Shown here one piece after another: positions 33,759 through 45,010 of a DNA stretch of 64,000 nt. Positions within the stretch are counted from its first letter, which is position 1, and the number at the start of each line of letters is the position of its first letter. A model generated the notes under the pieces. That model did not search any database and was not told the DNA's origin. It saw only the letters and a list, made by a program, of their open reading frames with translations. The DNA comes from Chloroflexota bacterium (GTDB lineage Bacteria > Chloroflexota > Anaerolineae > Anaerolineales > UBA11858). The stretch is from assembly GCA_003648195.1 (NCBI GenBank), contig QMOK01000001.1, positions 13,189 to 77,188 on the forward strand. The letters are read 5' to 3'. A program made the translations under genes and the position numbers.

Positions 33759-33854
33759 CCACCAGCGGCGATCCCCAAAATCTAAGAGTAATAAAAATAA
33801 TTCAGCATAACCAGGGTAAATTGACCGCGCACCGAATTAGCACCAAAGGCTAAT

Positions 33855-34835
33855 ATGAGTAATTCTCCTCCTGCTATTTACATTCTCTACGGTGATGACG
33901 AATTCGCCATCCATACGTTTGTGAATGATTTTAAGGCCAAGTTGGGAGAATCGGCCAGCGTAGATATGAATGTTAGCACCCTGAATGGAGCTTCTACCTC
34001 TGTTGAGAAGTTAACCTCTCTTACGCACGCTATGCCCTTTTTATCAAAGCGGCGGATGGTCATTCTTGAAAATCCTCTCGCTCTGGCAAAGGGAGCCTCG
34101 CAAAGGAAAAAGTTTCTTGCCAATTTGGAGTCTATTCCTAATACTACCGCGTGCGTGCTGAAAATTGAGCGTTCGCTAAAGACTAGCCATTGGCTGCTAA
34201 AATGGGCCAAGGCCCAAGGGAAGCGCGTGTTCGTCAAGGCTTTGTCTCTTCCTCAGGGGGCCGGCATGACCCGTTGGATACAGAAACAGGCCCAGACCTC
34301 GGGCGGGGAATTTACCAACCAGGGAGCGTCCCGCTTGGCCGCGCTAGTGGACGAGAATCCTCGCTTGGCTGACCAAGAGATTGAAAAATTGCTCGCTTAT
34401 GTTAATTACGAACGGCCAGTGACTGCTGAAGATGTGGAGCTGCTCACCCCAGACGTTCGCCCCGGCGATGTCTTTGCCATGGTAGACGCCATTAGCTACA
34501 AGAACGGCGAAAAGCTTTTGCGTTTGCTCCCCCGCTTGTTGGAAGAAAACCCCCCTCTTCATTGGTTTGGAATGATCATCCGCCAATTTCGCCTTTTGTT
34601 ACAGGTTAAGGAAATGCTAAACGAAGACGCGGGGGCTAATAATTTAAGTATCGCCAAAAAATTGGGCGTTCACCCTTACCCTATTAAAAAGCTCATTCCC
34701 CAAGCAAAGTTTTTCTCGCTTAAAGACCTAGAGCAAATTTACCATCAGCTCCTTGAAATTGATGAAGCCATGAAAACGGGCGAGCTGGAACATACCCTCG
34801 CTTTAGATATGCTGATAGTAGCTCTTACAACGTGA
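33855..34835 (+). CDS. holA: DNA polymerase III delta subunit
   Basis: 326 aa. The N-terminus IYILYGDDEFAI and overall length and pattern are typical of HolA. Confidence 0.8.
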   Translation: MSNSPPAIYILYGDDEFAIHTFVNDFKAKLGESASVDMNVSTLNGASTSVEKLTSLTHAMPFLSKRRMVILENPLALAKGASQRKKFLANLESIPNTTACVLKIERSLKTSHWLLKWAKAQGKRVFVKALSLPQGAGMTRWIQKQAQTSGGEFTNQGASRLAALVDENPRLADQEIEKLLAYVNYERPVTAEDVELLTPDVRPGDVFAMVDAISYKNGEKLLRLLPRLLEENPPLHWFGMIIRQFRLLLQVKEMLNEDAGANNLSIAKKLGVHPYPIKKLIPQAKFFSLKDLEQIYHQLLEIDEAMKTGELEHTLALDMLIVALTT

Positions 34836-34920
34836 GAATGTGCCGAGGATGCAGCTTCCCTAATTACCTCATTACCTCATCATCCAATTCCCTAGTTTAC
34901 CAACCCCAATATACCAACCT

Positions 34921-36219
34921 ATGCTAAAACCAATCAAAAAAATCCACCTAAACAACGGCCTGCAAATTATGCTTAAAGAAATTCATACCGCGCCTATTAT
35001 TAGCCATTGGCTGTGGTACCGTGTTGGCTCACGTGATGAGATTCCGGGGAAGACCGGTGTCTCGCACTGGGTTGAGCACATGCAATTTAAGGGCACGCCC
35101 AAGTTCCCCGCCGATGAAATAGAAACGGCTATCTCGCGAACCGGCGGAATACGTAACGCCTTCACCTATGTAGATTGGACCACTTACTACGAAACCATGC
35201 CAGCCGATAAAATTGACCTCGCTCTTCAGTTTGAGGCAGACCGCATGACGAACAGTTCTTTTGATCCCGCTGAGGTCAAATCGGAACGCACGGTGATTAT
35301 ATCTGAACGCCAGGGCCGAGAAAACAGCCCTGGGTTCTTGCTCAGCGAAGCCATTCGGGCTGCCGCTTTTCGCGTGCATCCCTATCACCACGAGATAGTT
35401 GGCGACATGATAGATTTAGAAACCATGACCCGCGATGACCTGTACGATCACTACCGCGCTTATTACCAACCCAATAACGCCATCCTTACCATTGCCGGGG
35501 ATTTCGAGACCGAGACCATGTTAGAGCGCGTTAGGGAACTGCACTCCGCCATTCCTGCAAGAGACACGCCTCCCCCGCGAGTCAACCGTCCAGAGCCAAC
35601 TCTGCGCGGCGAGCACCGTCTCACCGTGGAGGGGCCAGGCGAAACCACCATGGTGGAAGTCGCCTACCGTACCCCAACCGCCACTAATCCAGACTTCTTC
35701 GCTCTCTTAGTTTTAGATAGTTTGCTCACGGGCGCCAGCGGTTTGAACCTCTTTGGGGGCGGCGGAATCTCTAACAAAACTTCCCGCCTTTACACATCCA
35801 TGATAGAAGAAAAAAACGTTGCTGTTGATGTGATGGGCGGGCTGCCCGCAACCATTGATCCGTTCTTACAAAGCATCCATTTTATTGTTCACCCGCAAAA
35901 AACAGTCGCGGAGGCTTTAGCCGTCATGGATGGAGAAATTCAACGCCTTCAAGATACGCCTCCTGATCGTCAAGAAATTGACCGCGCCGTAAAACAAACC
36001 CGCGCCTTATTTGCCTACGGCGGAGAGAGTATCACTAACCAAGCTTTTTGGATGGGTTTTTCAGAGATGTTTGCCTCTTACGAATGGGTTGTAAAATATG
36101 TAGACAGCCTAGCCAGTGTCACCCCCGAAGACGTACAGCGCGTGGCGCAAACGTATTTACAGCCCAAAAACCGCCTCATTGGCACTTATTTACCTAAAAA
36201 CGAGAAGATGACAGCATGA
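34921..36219 (+). CDS. M16-family zinc peptidase (active subunit)
   Basis: 432 aa. The inverted zinc motif HWVEH (HxxEH) lies within GVSHWVEHMQFKGT. Confidence 0.85.
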   Translation: MLKPIKKIHLNNGLQIMLKEIHTAPIISHWLWYRVGSRDEIPGKTGVSHWVEHMQFKGTPKFPADEIETAISRTGGIRNAFTYVDWTTYYETMPADKIDLALQFEADRMTNSSFDPAEVKSERTVIISERQGRENSPGFLLSEAIRAAAFRVHPYHHEIVGDMIDLETMTRDDLYDHYRAYYQPNNAILTIAGDFETETMLERVRELHSAIPARDTPPPRVNRPEPTLRGEHRLTVEGPGETTMVEVAYRTPTATNPDFFALLVLDSLLTGASGLNLFGGGGISNKTSRLYTSMIEEKNVAVDVMGGLPATIDPFLQSIHFIVHPQKTVAEALAVMDGEIQRLQDTPPDRQEIDRAVKQTRALFAYGGESITNQAFWMGFSEMFASYEWVVKYVDSLASVTPEDVQRVAQTYLQPKNRLIGTYLPKNEKMTA

Positions 36220-37517
36220 AACAACATACTTTCGCCCCTCTTAAAAAATCTTCGCTTCCCGGCCCAGATGACATTACCCGTGTTCAACTTCCCAACGGTA
36301 TCACCATTCTTGTTCGCCCTAATTTTAACTCTATGTCGGTTTCTATTAGCGGTTATCTTCACGCCGGGAGTCTCTACGAACCGCTCGAAAAACTGGGGCT
36401 AGCGGATTTTACGGCTACCTGCCTTACGCGCGGCACCGAGCGATACACCTTTAAAGAAATTTACGATAAACTAGAATCTATTGGCGCTAGTTTTGGCTTC
36501 AGCAGCGGTACGCACACGGCTGGTTTCGGGGGCAAATCGCTAGCCAACGACCTGGATACACTTCTAGAAATACTTGCCAGCGGCCTGCGAGAGCCTACTT
36601 TCCCCGCCCAGCCCGTAGAAATCATCCGTTCCCAATTTCTAACCTCACTTGCCCTCCGCGCCCAAGACACCGGCGAAATGTCATCTATACTCTTTGATGA
36701 AATTATCTACGAAGGGCATCCTTACAGCTATCCCACAGATGGAAACCCGGAAACAATTCAAGCTATTCAGCGAGATGATTTGGCGGACTTCCATGCCCGA
36801 CACTATGGCCCAAGGGGAATGGTGATCGCCGTTGTGGGAGCGGTGACGCCCGATGATGCCATTAGGCGTATTTCTGAAACCCTGGGCGATTGGGCTAATC
36901 CCCAGCAGCCCGAAGAGGCAACTGTTCCTCCGGTTCACCCCCTAAAGAGAACTATCGCCAAACACATCTCCATCCCAGAGAAAAGCCAAACCGATATTAT
37001 TATGGGCGTGGTCGGGCCTCCCCGCCGCTCTCCAGACTACATGCCCGCAAAAGTAGGTAACAGCGTGCTGGGGCAATTTGGCATGATGGGACGCATTGGA
37101 AATACCGTAAGGAGCAAAGCGGGCTTGGCTTATTACGCCTATAGCGCGGTGAGTAGCAGCATTGGCCCCGGAGCGTGGTACGTTTCTGCTGGCGTTAACC
37201 CTCTAAATACAGAAAAGGTCATTAAACTTATAAAAGCTGAGGTTAAGCGTTTTATTCAAGAGCCAGTATCTGCGGAGGAATTAAGTAACAGCCAATCTAG
37301 CTATATTGGGAAGCTCCCTTTGGCGCTAGAATCTAATGCGGGCGTGGCGGAGGCTCTCCTCTCCCTGGAACGTTACGACCTGGGGCTGGATTATTACCAC
37401 CACTACGAGGAAACCATCCGCGAAGTCACTCCGCAAAGTGTACTCAATGTAGCGCAAAAATATCTCGACTTGGATCGTTTTGCTATTGCCACCGCTGGCT
37501 CGGGAGTGGGTGACTAG
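36216..37517 (+). CDS. M16-family peptidase, non-catalytic partner subunit
   Basis: 433 aa with M16-like length and pattern but no HxxEH. Overlaps the upstream gene by 4 nt. Confidence 0.8.
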   Translation: MKQHTFAPLKKSSLPGPDDITRVQLPNGITILVRPNFNSMSVSISGYLHAGSLYEPLEKLGLADFTATCLTRGTERYTFKEIYDKLESIGASFGFSSGTHTAGFGGKSLANDLDTLLEILASGLREPTFPAQPVEIIRSQFLTSLALRAQDTGEMSSILFDEIIYEGHPYSYPTDGNPETIQAIQRDDLADFHARHYGPRGMVIAVVGAVTPDDAIRRISETLGDWANPQQPEEATVPPVHPLKRTIAKHISIPEKSQTDIIMGVVGPPRRSPDYMPAKVGNSVLGQFGMMGRIGNTVRSKAGLAYYAYSAVSSSIGPGAWYVSAGVNPLNTEKVIKLIKAEVKRFIQEPVSAEELSNSQSSYIGKLPLALESNAGVAEALLSLERYDLGLDYYHHYEETIREVTPQSVLNVAQKYLDLDRFAIATAGSGVGD

Positions 37518-37561
37518 GGACTAGGTAACAGGTTCTTTTATACCCTTTGCACCATTTCATT

Positions 37562-37963
37562 ATGAACTTATCCACTGGAGTCGACTTAATTGAAATAGAA
37601 CGCATCAGGCAAGCCATAGACCGGCACGGCGAGCGTTTTCTGAACAAGACGTTCACTCCTGGGGAACAGGCTCAGGCCGGGGGAAAACCCGCCAGCCTTG
37701 CCGCCCGTTTCGCGGCCAAAGAAGCGGCGGCGAAAGCTCTGGGCACGGGGATTGGGGAAGTGGGTTGGCTCGATATTGAGGTGGTTTCCATCCCCAGCGG
37801 AGAGCCGATGCTCAAGCTTCATGGTCACGCCCAAAAACTGGCCGCCGAACTCGGTTACAAAACGTGGTCGCTCAGCCTCAGCCATTCGCGCGGGCTGGCT
37901 ATTGCAATGGTGGTTGCGCTGGGGGAATGCACCCACTCTGTTCCGCAACACGAGGAAAGATAA
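37562..37963 (+). CDS. acpS: Holo-[acyl-carrier-protein] synthase
   Basis: MNLSTGVDLIEIERI ... FAAKEAAAKALG ... SLSHS. I prefer ATG at 37562. Confidence 0.85.
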   Translation: MNLSTGVDLIEIERIRQAIDRHGERFLNKTFTPGEQAQAGGKPASLAARFAAKEAAAKALGTGIGEVGWLDIEVVSIPSGEPMLKLHGHAQKLAAELGYKTWSLSLSHSRGLAIAMVVALGECTHSVPQHEER

Positions 37964-38012
37964 ATAGGTTCTTCAAGAAATAGCGGGGCTGCAATTAACA
38001 AATTAACCAAAT

Positions 38013-38098
38013 TATGTCGCTGCGAGGAATGTCTTTTATGACGTGGCAGCCTCCTGGGGGATTGCCACACCTCCAGAAAACGGAGGTTCGCAATAACA
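38013..38098. repeat. MITE/REP-like hairpin element, inverted copy
   Basis: The reverse complement reads atgttattgcgaacctccgttttc...ggctgccacgtcataaaagacattcctcgcagcgacat. This matches 26191-26303. Confidence 0.8.
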
Positions 38099-38144
38099 TC
38101 TACCTCACTATTCCGATAAATAAAGTGCCAACCCCATAAACCAC

Positions 38145-38185
38145 AAACCCTGCCGCGTAAAATTTCGGCAGGGTTTATATTTTAA
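38145..38185. terminator. Bidirectional terminator between acpS (+) and ahcY (-)
   Basis: AAACCCTGCCG, a 10-nt loop, CGGCAGGGTTT, then ATATTTTAATT. Confidence 0.65.
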
Positions 38186-38204
38186 TTCAAGCAAATATTA
38201 GTCT

Positions 38205-40539
<2,335 letters not shown>

Positions 40540-40581
40540 AGTTTGTTAGTTGAGTAGTTTATTAATTTGGTGGTGAGGTGG

Positions 40582-41628
40582 TTAGGCACGATTCACTGCT
40601 TTGGGTAGATTTTCGCCAAATGGGGGATAAACAACGCCGTTTTCAGTGACAATGCCCGTTATCAGGCGGTGGGGAGTGACGTCAAAGGCCGGGTTGCGGG
40701 CGGATGCGCCGGCGGGGGAGGTTTTCTGCCCCTTGAGGGTGAGTGCCAAAACCTCGGCCTCTTCGCGCTCTTCGATGGGTATTTCTTCTCCCGTGGCGAG
40801 GGTGAGGTCAATGGTAGAGACGGGGACGACAGAGTAAGCGGGGATGCCGTTATCGTGAGCGGCCAGGGCCAGCATATAAGTGCCAATTTTATTGGCGACA
40901 TCGCCGTTGGCAGCCACCCTATCCGCGCCGAAGAAAACTTTTTGAACCTGTCCCGTATGCAGGAAATGTCCCGCCGCATTGTCGCTGATGATATCGTAGG
41001 GGATGCCGTATTGCTCCAATTCCCAGGCCGTGAGGCGTGCTCCCTGTAACCGAGGGCGAGTCTCATCCACCAAAACGTGAATGCTCTTCCCTTGCGTGTG
41101 GGCGGTGCGGATCACCCCCAAGGCGGTGCCCCAATCTACGGTGGCCAGTGCGCCGGTGTTGCAGTGGTGAATGATGGTATCGCCATCTGCAATCAATTCC
41201 GCGCCGTGGCGGGCCATGCGTTTGTTGATTTCTACATCCTCATCGGCAATGCGCTGGGCTTCAGCCAAAACGGCTTGGCGGAGTTCTTCTACGCTCCCCT
41301 TTACAGGGGCTACGGTTTTCAAGACTCTGTCCAATGCCCAAGCTAAATTGACGGCAGTGGGGCGGGCTTTGCCTAGAAACGCGGCGGCTTCTTTCAAATC
41401 GTGGTGCAGTTCATCCACAGTTGACGCCGAGGATTGAAAAGCCGCCACTGCCAGGCCAAATCCAGCCGCTCCGCCAATAGCTGGCGCCCCCCGAACAACC
41501 ATATCAGTAATAGATTGAGCAACCGCCTGGTAGGTGTCAAATTCGACAATTTTGAACTCAACCGGCAGCAAACGCTGGTCAATCATTTCTAAAAGATTTT
41601 TTTCATAATTCCATTTTAGTGTTCGCAT
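40582..41628 (-). CDS. mtnA: S-methyl-5-thioribose-1-phosphate isomerase
   Basis: [22 protein letters not shown] ... VRGAPAIG ... [19 protein letters not shown] prefer ATG at 41628 with GAGAGGAAAAAA upstream. Confidence 0.88.
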   Translation of the reverse strand: MRTLKWNYEKNLLEMIDQRLLPVEFKIVEFDTYQAVAQSITDMVVRGAPAIGGAAGFGLAVAAFQSSASTVDELHHDLKEAAAFLGKARPTAVNLAWALDRVLKTVAPVKGSVEELRQAVLAEAQRIADEDVEINKRMARHGAELIADGDTIIHHCNTGALATVDWGTALGVIRTAHTQGKSIHVLVDETRPRLQGARLTAWELEQYGIPYDIISDNAAGHFLHTGQVQKVFFGADRVAANGDVANKIGTYMLALAAHDNGIPAYSVVPVSTIDLTLATGEEIPIEEREEAEVLALTLKGQKTSPAGASARNPAFDVTPHRLITGIVTENGVVYPPFGENLPKAVNRA

Positions 41629-41783
41629 TTTTTCCTCTCTCTGAGACTCTGATGTGCAACACGTCCAAAAGCAGCTGCAATGCACATCTCTTTTTTTTCA
41701 CACGAGGTATATCTTACCATGAATTGAGTGATGAGGTAACGAGGTGATAGGGTAAGGTCAGGGCAAGGTATGCTAAAAAATTG

Positions 41784-41886
41784 GGCTCATATATGAAAAA
41801 TGTGCAAAACGACATGAACGTCGTCCTACGAAACCGTAACGCGATATTTATATCGCCTTTTATTGCACACATTCAACAGATGAGCC
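41784..41886. repeat. Dispersed repeat A, copy 2
   Basis: About 88% identical to 10579-10682, in the same orientation. It directly abuts repeat B. Confidence 0.8.
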
Positions 41887-42022
41887 AAAAGTTGTTGTCA
41901 TATTGACTACGTTTAATTTAAAAACCTCGGAAGTCTCGGAGACTTCCGAGGTTTCCGACTCCAATAGTCACTAAGGTAGCGCGGGGCAAGCTACAAACAA
42001 ATCTACCAGTTTCCCAATATAC
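41887..42022. repeat. 136-bp direct repeat B, copy 1 (left flank of the TA cassette)
   Basis: Identical to 42848-42983 (constant offset 961) except for 3 nt: cgg at 41937-41939 versus taa. Contains the palindrome AAACCTCGGAAGTCT-nnn-AGACTTCCGAGGTTT. Confidence 0.95.
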
Positions 42023-42046
42023 TGCTCCCCAGTTTCCCAGTACACA

Positions 42047-42075
42047 TTGACGCGAAACCAAGAAAGCAGTAAAAT
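42047..42075 (+). promoter_or_regulatory. Sigma70-type promoter of the TA operon
   Basis: TTGACG, a 17-nt spacer (cgaaaccaagaaagcag), then TAAAAT. About 30 nt upstream of the antitoxin ATG, with GGAGGT as RBS. Confidence 0.6.
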
Positions 42076-42107
42076 CTGGACAGGCTAGACAGACTTGGAG
42101 GTAAACC

Positions 42108-42356
42108 ATGAACACAATTTGGCAAATGCAAGAGGCTAAGAACAAACTCAGCGAAGTCGTTGACCGCGCCCTTAGCGAGGGGCCGCAGTTCATCACCCGT
42201 TGGGGAAAAAATACGGCTGTAGTTATCTCTCATCCCGAATATGAGAATTTACGCGCCTCGCAGGATAAACTCTCGGAATTCTTTCGGGCCTCTCCCCTGG
42301 CCGGTATAGAGCTAGAGCGAGATGAGAGTATGCCACGCGCTGAGGTGGAGTTGTGA
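42108..42356 (+). CDS. Type II antitoxin, Phd/YefM family
   Basis: 82 aa. MNTIWQMQEAKNKLSEVVDRALSEGPQFITRWGKNTAVVIS is typical of Phd/YefM. Overlaps the toxin gene by 4 nt. Confidence 0.85.
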   Translation: MNTIWQMQEAKNKLSEVVDRALSEGPQFITRWGKNTAVVISHPEYENLRASQDKLSEFFRASPLAGIELERDESMPRAEVEL

Positions 42357-42772
42357 ACTTTCTACTCGACACCTGTGTCATCTCTGAATTGGTCTCAAAA
42401 CAACCTAATCTTAAAGTTGTCGCTTGGATCGATTCTCTGAACAGTGAGCGGGTTTACTTAAGCGTCATTACTATTGGGGAAATCGTCAAAGGAATCGAAA
42501 AGCTGTCGGAATCGAAGCGCAAAGAAACACTAAGGGCGTGGCTTGAGCATGATTTACTGGCTCGTTTTCACGGGAAAATCATTTCTTTGGGCATAGATGA
42601 TCTCATAGCGTGGGGCACCCTCACCGCCGAGGCAGAACGCAAGGGACACCCCATGCCTGCTATCGACTCATTAATAGCCGCCATTGTCCTAAACCACGGT
42701 ATGACGCTGGTCACGCGCAATGTAGGGGATTTTGCGTCAACGGGAATAGAAATCGTCAATCCGTGGGAGTAG
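42353..42772 (+). CDS. vapC: Type II toxin, VapC (PIN-domain ribonuclease)
   Basis: 139 aa. FLLDTCVISE supplies the first acidic residue, and IGEI, IDSLIAA and LVTRNVGDF are conserved PIN blocks. Confidence 0.88.
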   Translation: MNFLLDTCVISELVSKQPNLKVVAWIDSLNSERVYLSVITIGEIVKGIEKLSESKRKETLRAWLEHDLLARFHGKIISLGIDDLIAWGTLTAEAERKGHPMPAIDSLIAAIVLNHGMTLVTRNVGDFASTGIEIVNPWE

Positions 42773-42847
42773 ATGCGAAGGAAACAGGAAAGCAGGATAA
42801 CACAGAGCAATCGATGCTGGCATACACAACCGACCTAAGGTATGTTA

Positions 42848-42983
42848 AAAAGTTGTTGTCATATTGACTACGTTTAATTTAAAAACCTCGGAAGTCTTAA
42901 AGACTTCCGAGGTTTCCGACTCCAATAGTCACTAAGGTAGCGCGGGGCAAGCTACAAACAAATCTACCAGTTTCCCAATATAC
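42848..42983. repeat. 136-bp direct repeat B, copy 2 (right flank of the TA cassette)
   Basis: See copy 1. It is followed by the murJ leader. Confidence 0.95.
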
Positions 42984-43006
42984 CAACCCATGCTATACTT
43001 ACCCTC

Positions 43007-44548
43007 ATGAAACACATAGCCCGCTCTTCTCTCATTATCAGCATCTTCGCGGTATCCGAAAAACTATTAGGCGCAGTCAGACACATCATTGTTGGGCGCG
43101 TATTTGGCCTCTCAGCCGAGCTAGACGTGTTCAATGCCGCCAACAATATCCCCGACCTGATCTTTGCCCTCATCTCAGGGGGAGCGCTGGCATTGGCTTT
43201 CATTCCTGTGCTTTCTGAATACCTGGAAGAAAAAGGCCACACCGCTACCTGGAAATTATTCTCTCAGATCACAAATTTAGTTTTTATTGTTTCGGCAGTT
43301 CTCTCTGTTCTTGTAGCTGTTTTCGCCAAGCAATTGGTCGCTTGGGAAATTGGCATCGCGCCCGGGTTCAATGCCGCCCAACAAGCGCTCGTGGTGAATT
43401 TGATGCGCCTTAACTTAATTGCCACTCTCTTGTTTTCGCTTGGGGGACTGGCTGTCGCCGGGTTACAGGCCAACCAACACTTCCTTTGGCCAGCCATCGC
43501 GCCCACCATGTACGACATCGGCGCGCTCATCGGCGTCCTCTTCTTCTCTCCAAAAACCGGCTTTCAAATTGGCTCTATCACCCTGCCCACGCTAAAATTA
43601 GGGGTTTACGGTCTGGTGTATGGCGTAATTTTGGGCGCGGCTCTATTTTTTTGTGTGCAAATCCCAGCCCTCGTACACTACAAATTTAAGTGGAGCCCCA
43701 TCCTAAACCTTAGCGACCTTGGCGTGCAAAAAGTTCTCCGTCTCATGGGGCCGCGCGTGCTGACATTTTTCTCTATCCAACTCATTTTCATCATCCAAGA
43801 TAACCTAGCCTCCCGCCTGCCAACCGGAGCCATCACCGCTTTGGTATACGGCTGGCTTTTCATGCAAGTCCCCGAAACGATGATCGGCACCGCGCTGGGA
43901 ACAGCTCTTTTGCCCACTTTATCGGAGCAAATCACGCGCGGGGAAAAGGGCGAATTTCAAAAAACGTTTAGCGTTTCAATAAGGGTAATTTTGGGATTGA
44001 TCATCCCCAGCGCGGTCCTCTTGGGGATAGGCGTTCGCCCCCTAGTGGGATTGCTAAACTTTGACGCCGCTGGCGCGGAGCTAGTAGTTTGGACGATTCG
44101 CGCTTACCTAACGGGAATGCTGGCTCACGCGCTCATAGAAATTGCCGCCCGCACGTTCTATGCTCAACAAAAAGCCATCGTCCCGCTTTTGGCTACAATC
44201 CTCTCCACAATAACGTTTCTCATCAGCGGAGTCATCCTCGCTCCACGCTTGGGAGCGCCGGGCATAGGGCTGGCGAACTCGCTGGCCTTTTCGCTTGAGG
44301 CCGCCCTCCTGTTGATATTATTATATCGTTCTCTGCCGCAGGGGCTTCAGATAACTTCCACGTTAACACGCACGGTCATCGGCACCGGGCTGGGAGGCGG
44401 CGTCAGTTACCTTTTGCTGCATTATCTGCCAGTTGGCCCGCTATCGGTGCCATTGGATATATTGTTCACTATGGGCGTTCTCTTGGTAGGAGTCGCGGTG
44501 GTGACTCCTTTCGTTTGGAGAGAGATGAAAGCGTTGATAAGTTTATAG
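43007..44548 (+). CDS. murJ: Lipid II flippase MurJ (MviN)
   Basis: 513 aa, about 14 TM. The N-terminus SRLLGAVRHIIVGRVFG...DVFNAANNIP is typical of MurJ. Confidence 0.85.
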   Translation: MKHIARSSLIISIFAVSEKLLGAVRHIIVGRVFGLSAELDVFNAANNIPDLIFALISGGALALAFIPVLSEYLEEKGHTATWKLFSQITNLVFIVSAVLSVLVAVFAKQLVAWEIGIAPGFNAAQQALVVNLMRLNLIATLLFSLGGLAVAGLQANQHFLWPAIAPTMYDIGALIGVLFFSPKTGFQIGSITLPTLKLGVYGLVYGVILGAALFFCVQIPALVHYKFKWSPILNLSDLGVQKVLRLMGPRVLTFFSIQLIFIIQDNLASRLPTGAITALVYGWLFMQVPETMIGTALGTALLPTLSEQITRGEKGEFQKTFSVSIRVILGLIIPSAVLLGIGVRPLVGLLNFDAAGAELVVWTIRAYLTGMLAHALIEIAARTFYAQQKAIVPLLATILSTITFLISGVILAPRLGAPGIGLANSLAFSLEAALLLILLYRSLPQGLQITSTLTRTVIGTGLGGGVSYLLLHYLPVGPLSVPLDILFTMGVLLVGVAVVTPFVWREMKALISL

Positions 44549-44582
44549 AAACAGCAGGTATAATATTGGATGGAGAAAGATA

Positions 44583-44837
44583 ATGGATCAGAAAATTTAT
44601 CGGCAGTACTTAGAAAAATATGTTTTAGAAGCCTTAGAAAAGAAAAACGATAACGCATCGGCTGCCGCAGATTATTTGCAAAATAAGAAAAAAACATCTA
44701 TATTCGCTAAAAATCATAAAGAAAAAGACGCGGCCCTCAAACGCGCCAGGAAACTTTTAGCAGAAACCCGTGACCGTCCCGTCTGGATCGTGCTCAAGAG
44801 CTTGGGATTGGACGAATTAGCAAAAGAAAAAATGTAG
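44583..44837 (+). CDS. Hypothetical small basic protein
   Basis: 84-aa ORF with GGAGAAAGATA upstream. I recognise no family. Confidence 0.45.
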   Translation: MDQKIYRQYLEKYVLEALEKKNDNASAAADYLQNKKKTSIFAKNHKEKDAALKRARKLLAETRDRPVWIVLKSLGLDELAKEKM

Positions 44838-44861
44838 TTGCTCAAAATCACGGTGGTAGAA

Positions 44862-44949
44862 CTGCATTGCACTTGTAAAAGTGCGTTGCAGCTCGGGTTT
44901 GATAGCCCGACTCATGGTGCAACACATCCAAAAACAGCCGCAATGCACC
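44862..44949. repeat. Composite hairpin element (repeat C family, TGCA-anchored)
   Basis: Three parts: CTGCAttgcacttgtaaaagtgcgtTGCAG, the hairpin TCGGG-tttgatag-CCCGA, and GGTGCAacacatccaaaaacagccgcaaTGCACC. The last arm is about 85% identical to 41653-41686. Confidence 0.7.
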
Positions 44950-45010
44950 ACTAACATTTTGAGCAATTACGAGAAAATATAGCACCCAGAAATATTACAG
45001 GAGTACCCTC

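Noticed and set aside
41918-42233. Minus-strand ORFs of 92 and 76 aa in the repeat B / TA promoter region. I also considered reading the repeat B palindrome as a simple terminator.
   Set aside because: The ORFs translate repeat sequence. The palindrome has only TTT after it on the plus strand, and on the minus strand it has no gene upstream to terminate. A terminator role therefore does not explain its duplication.
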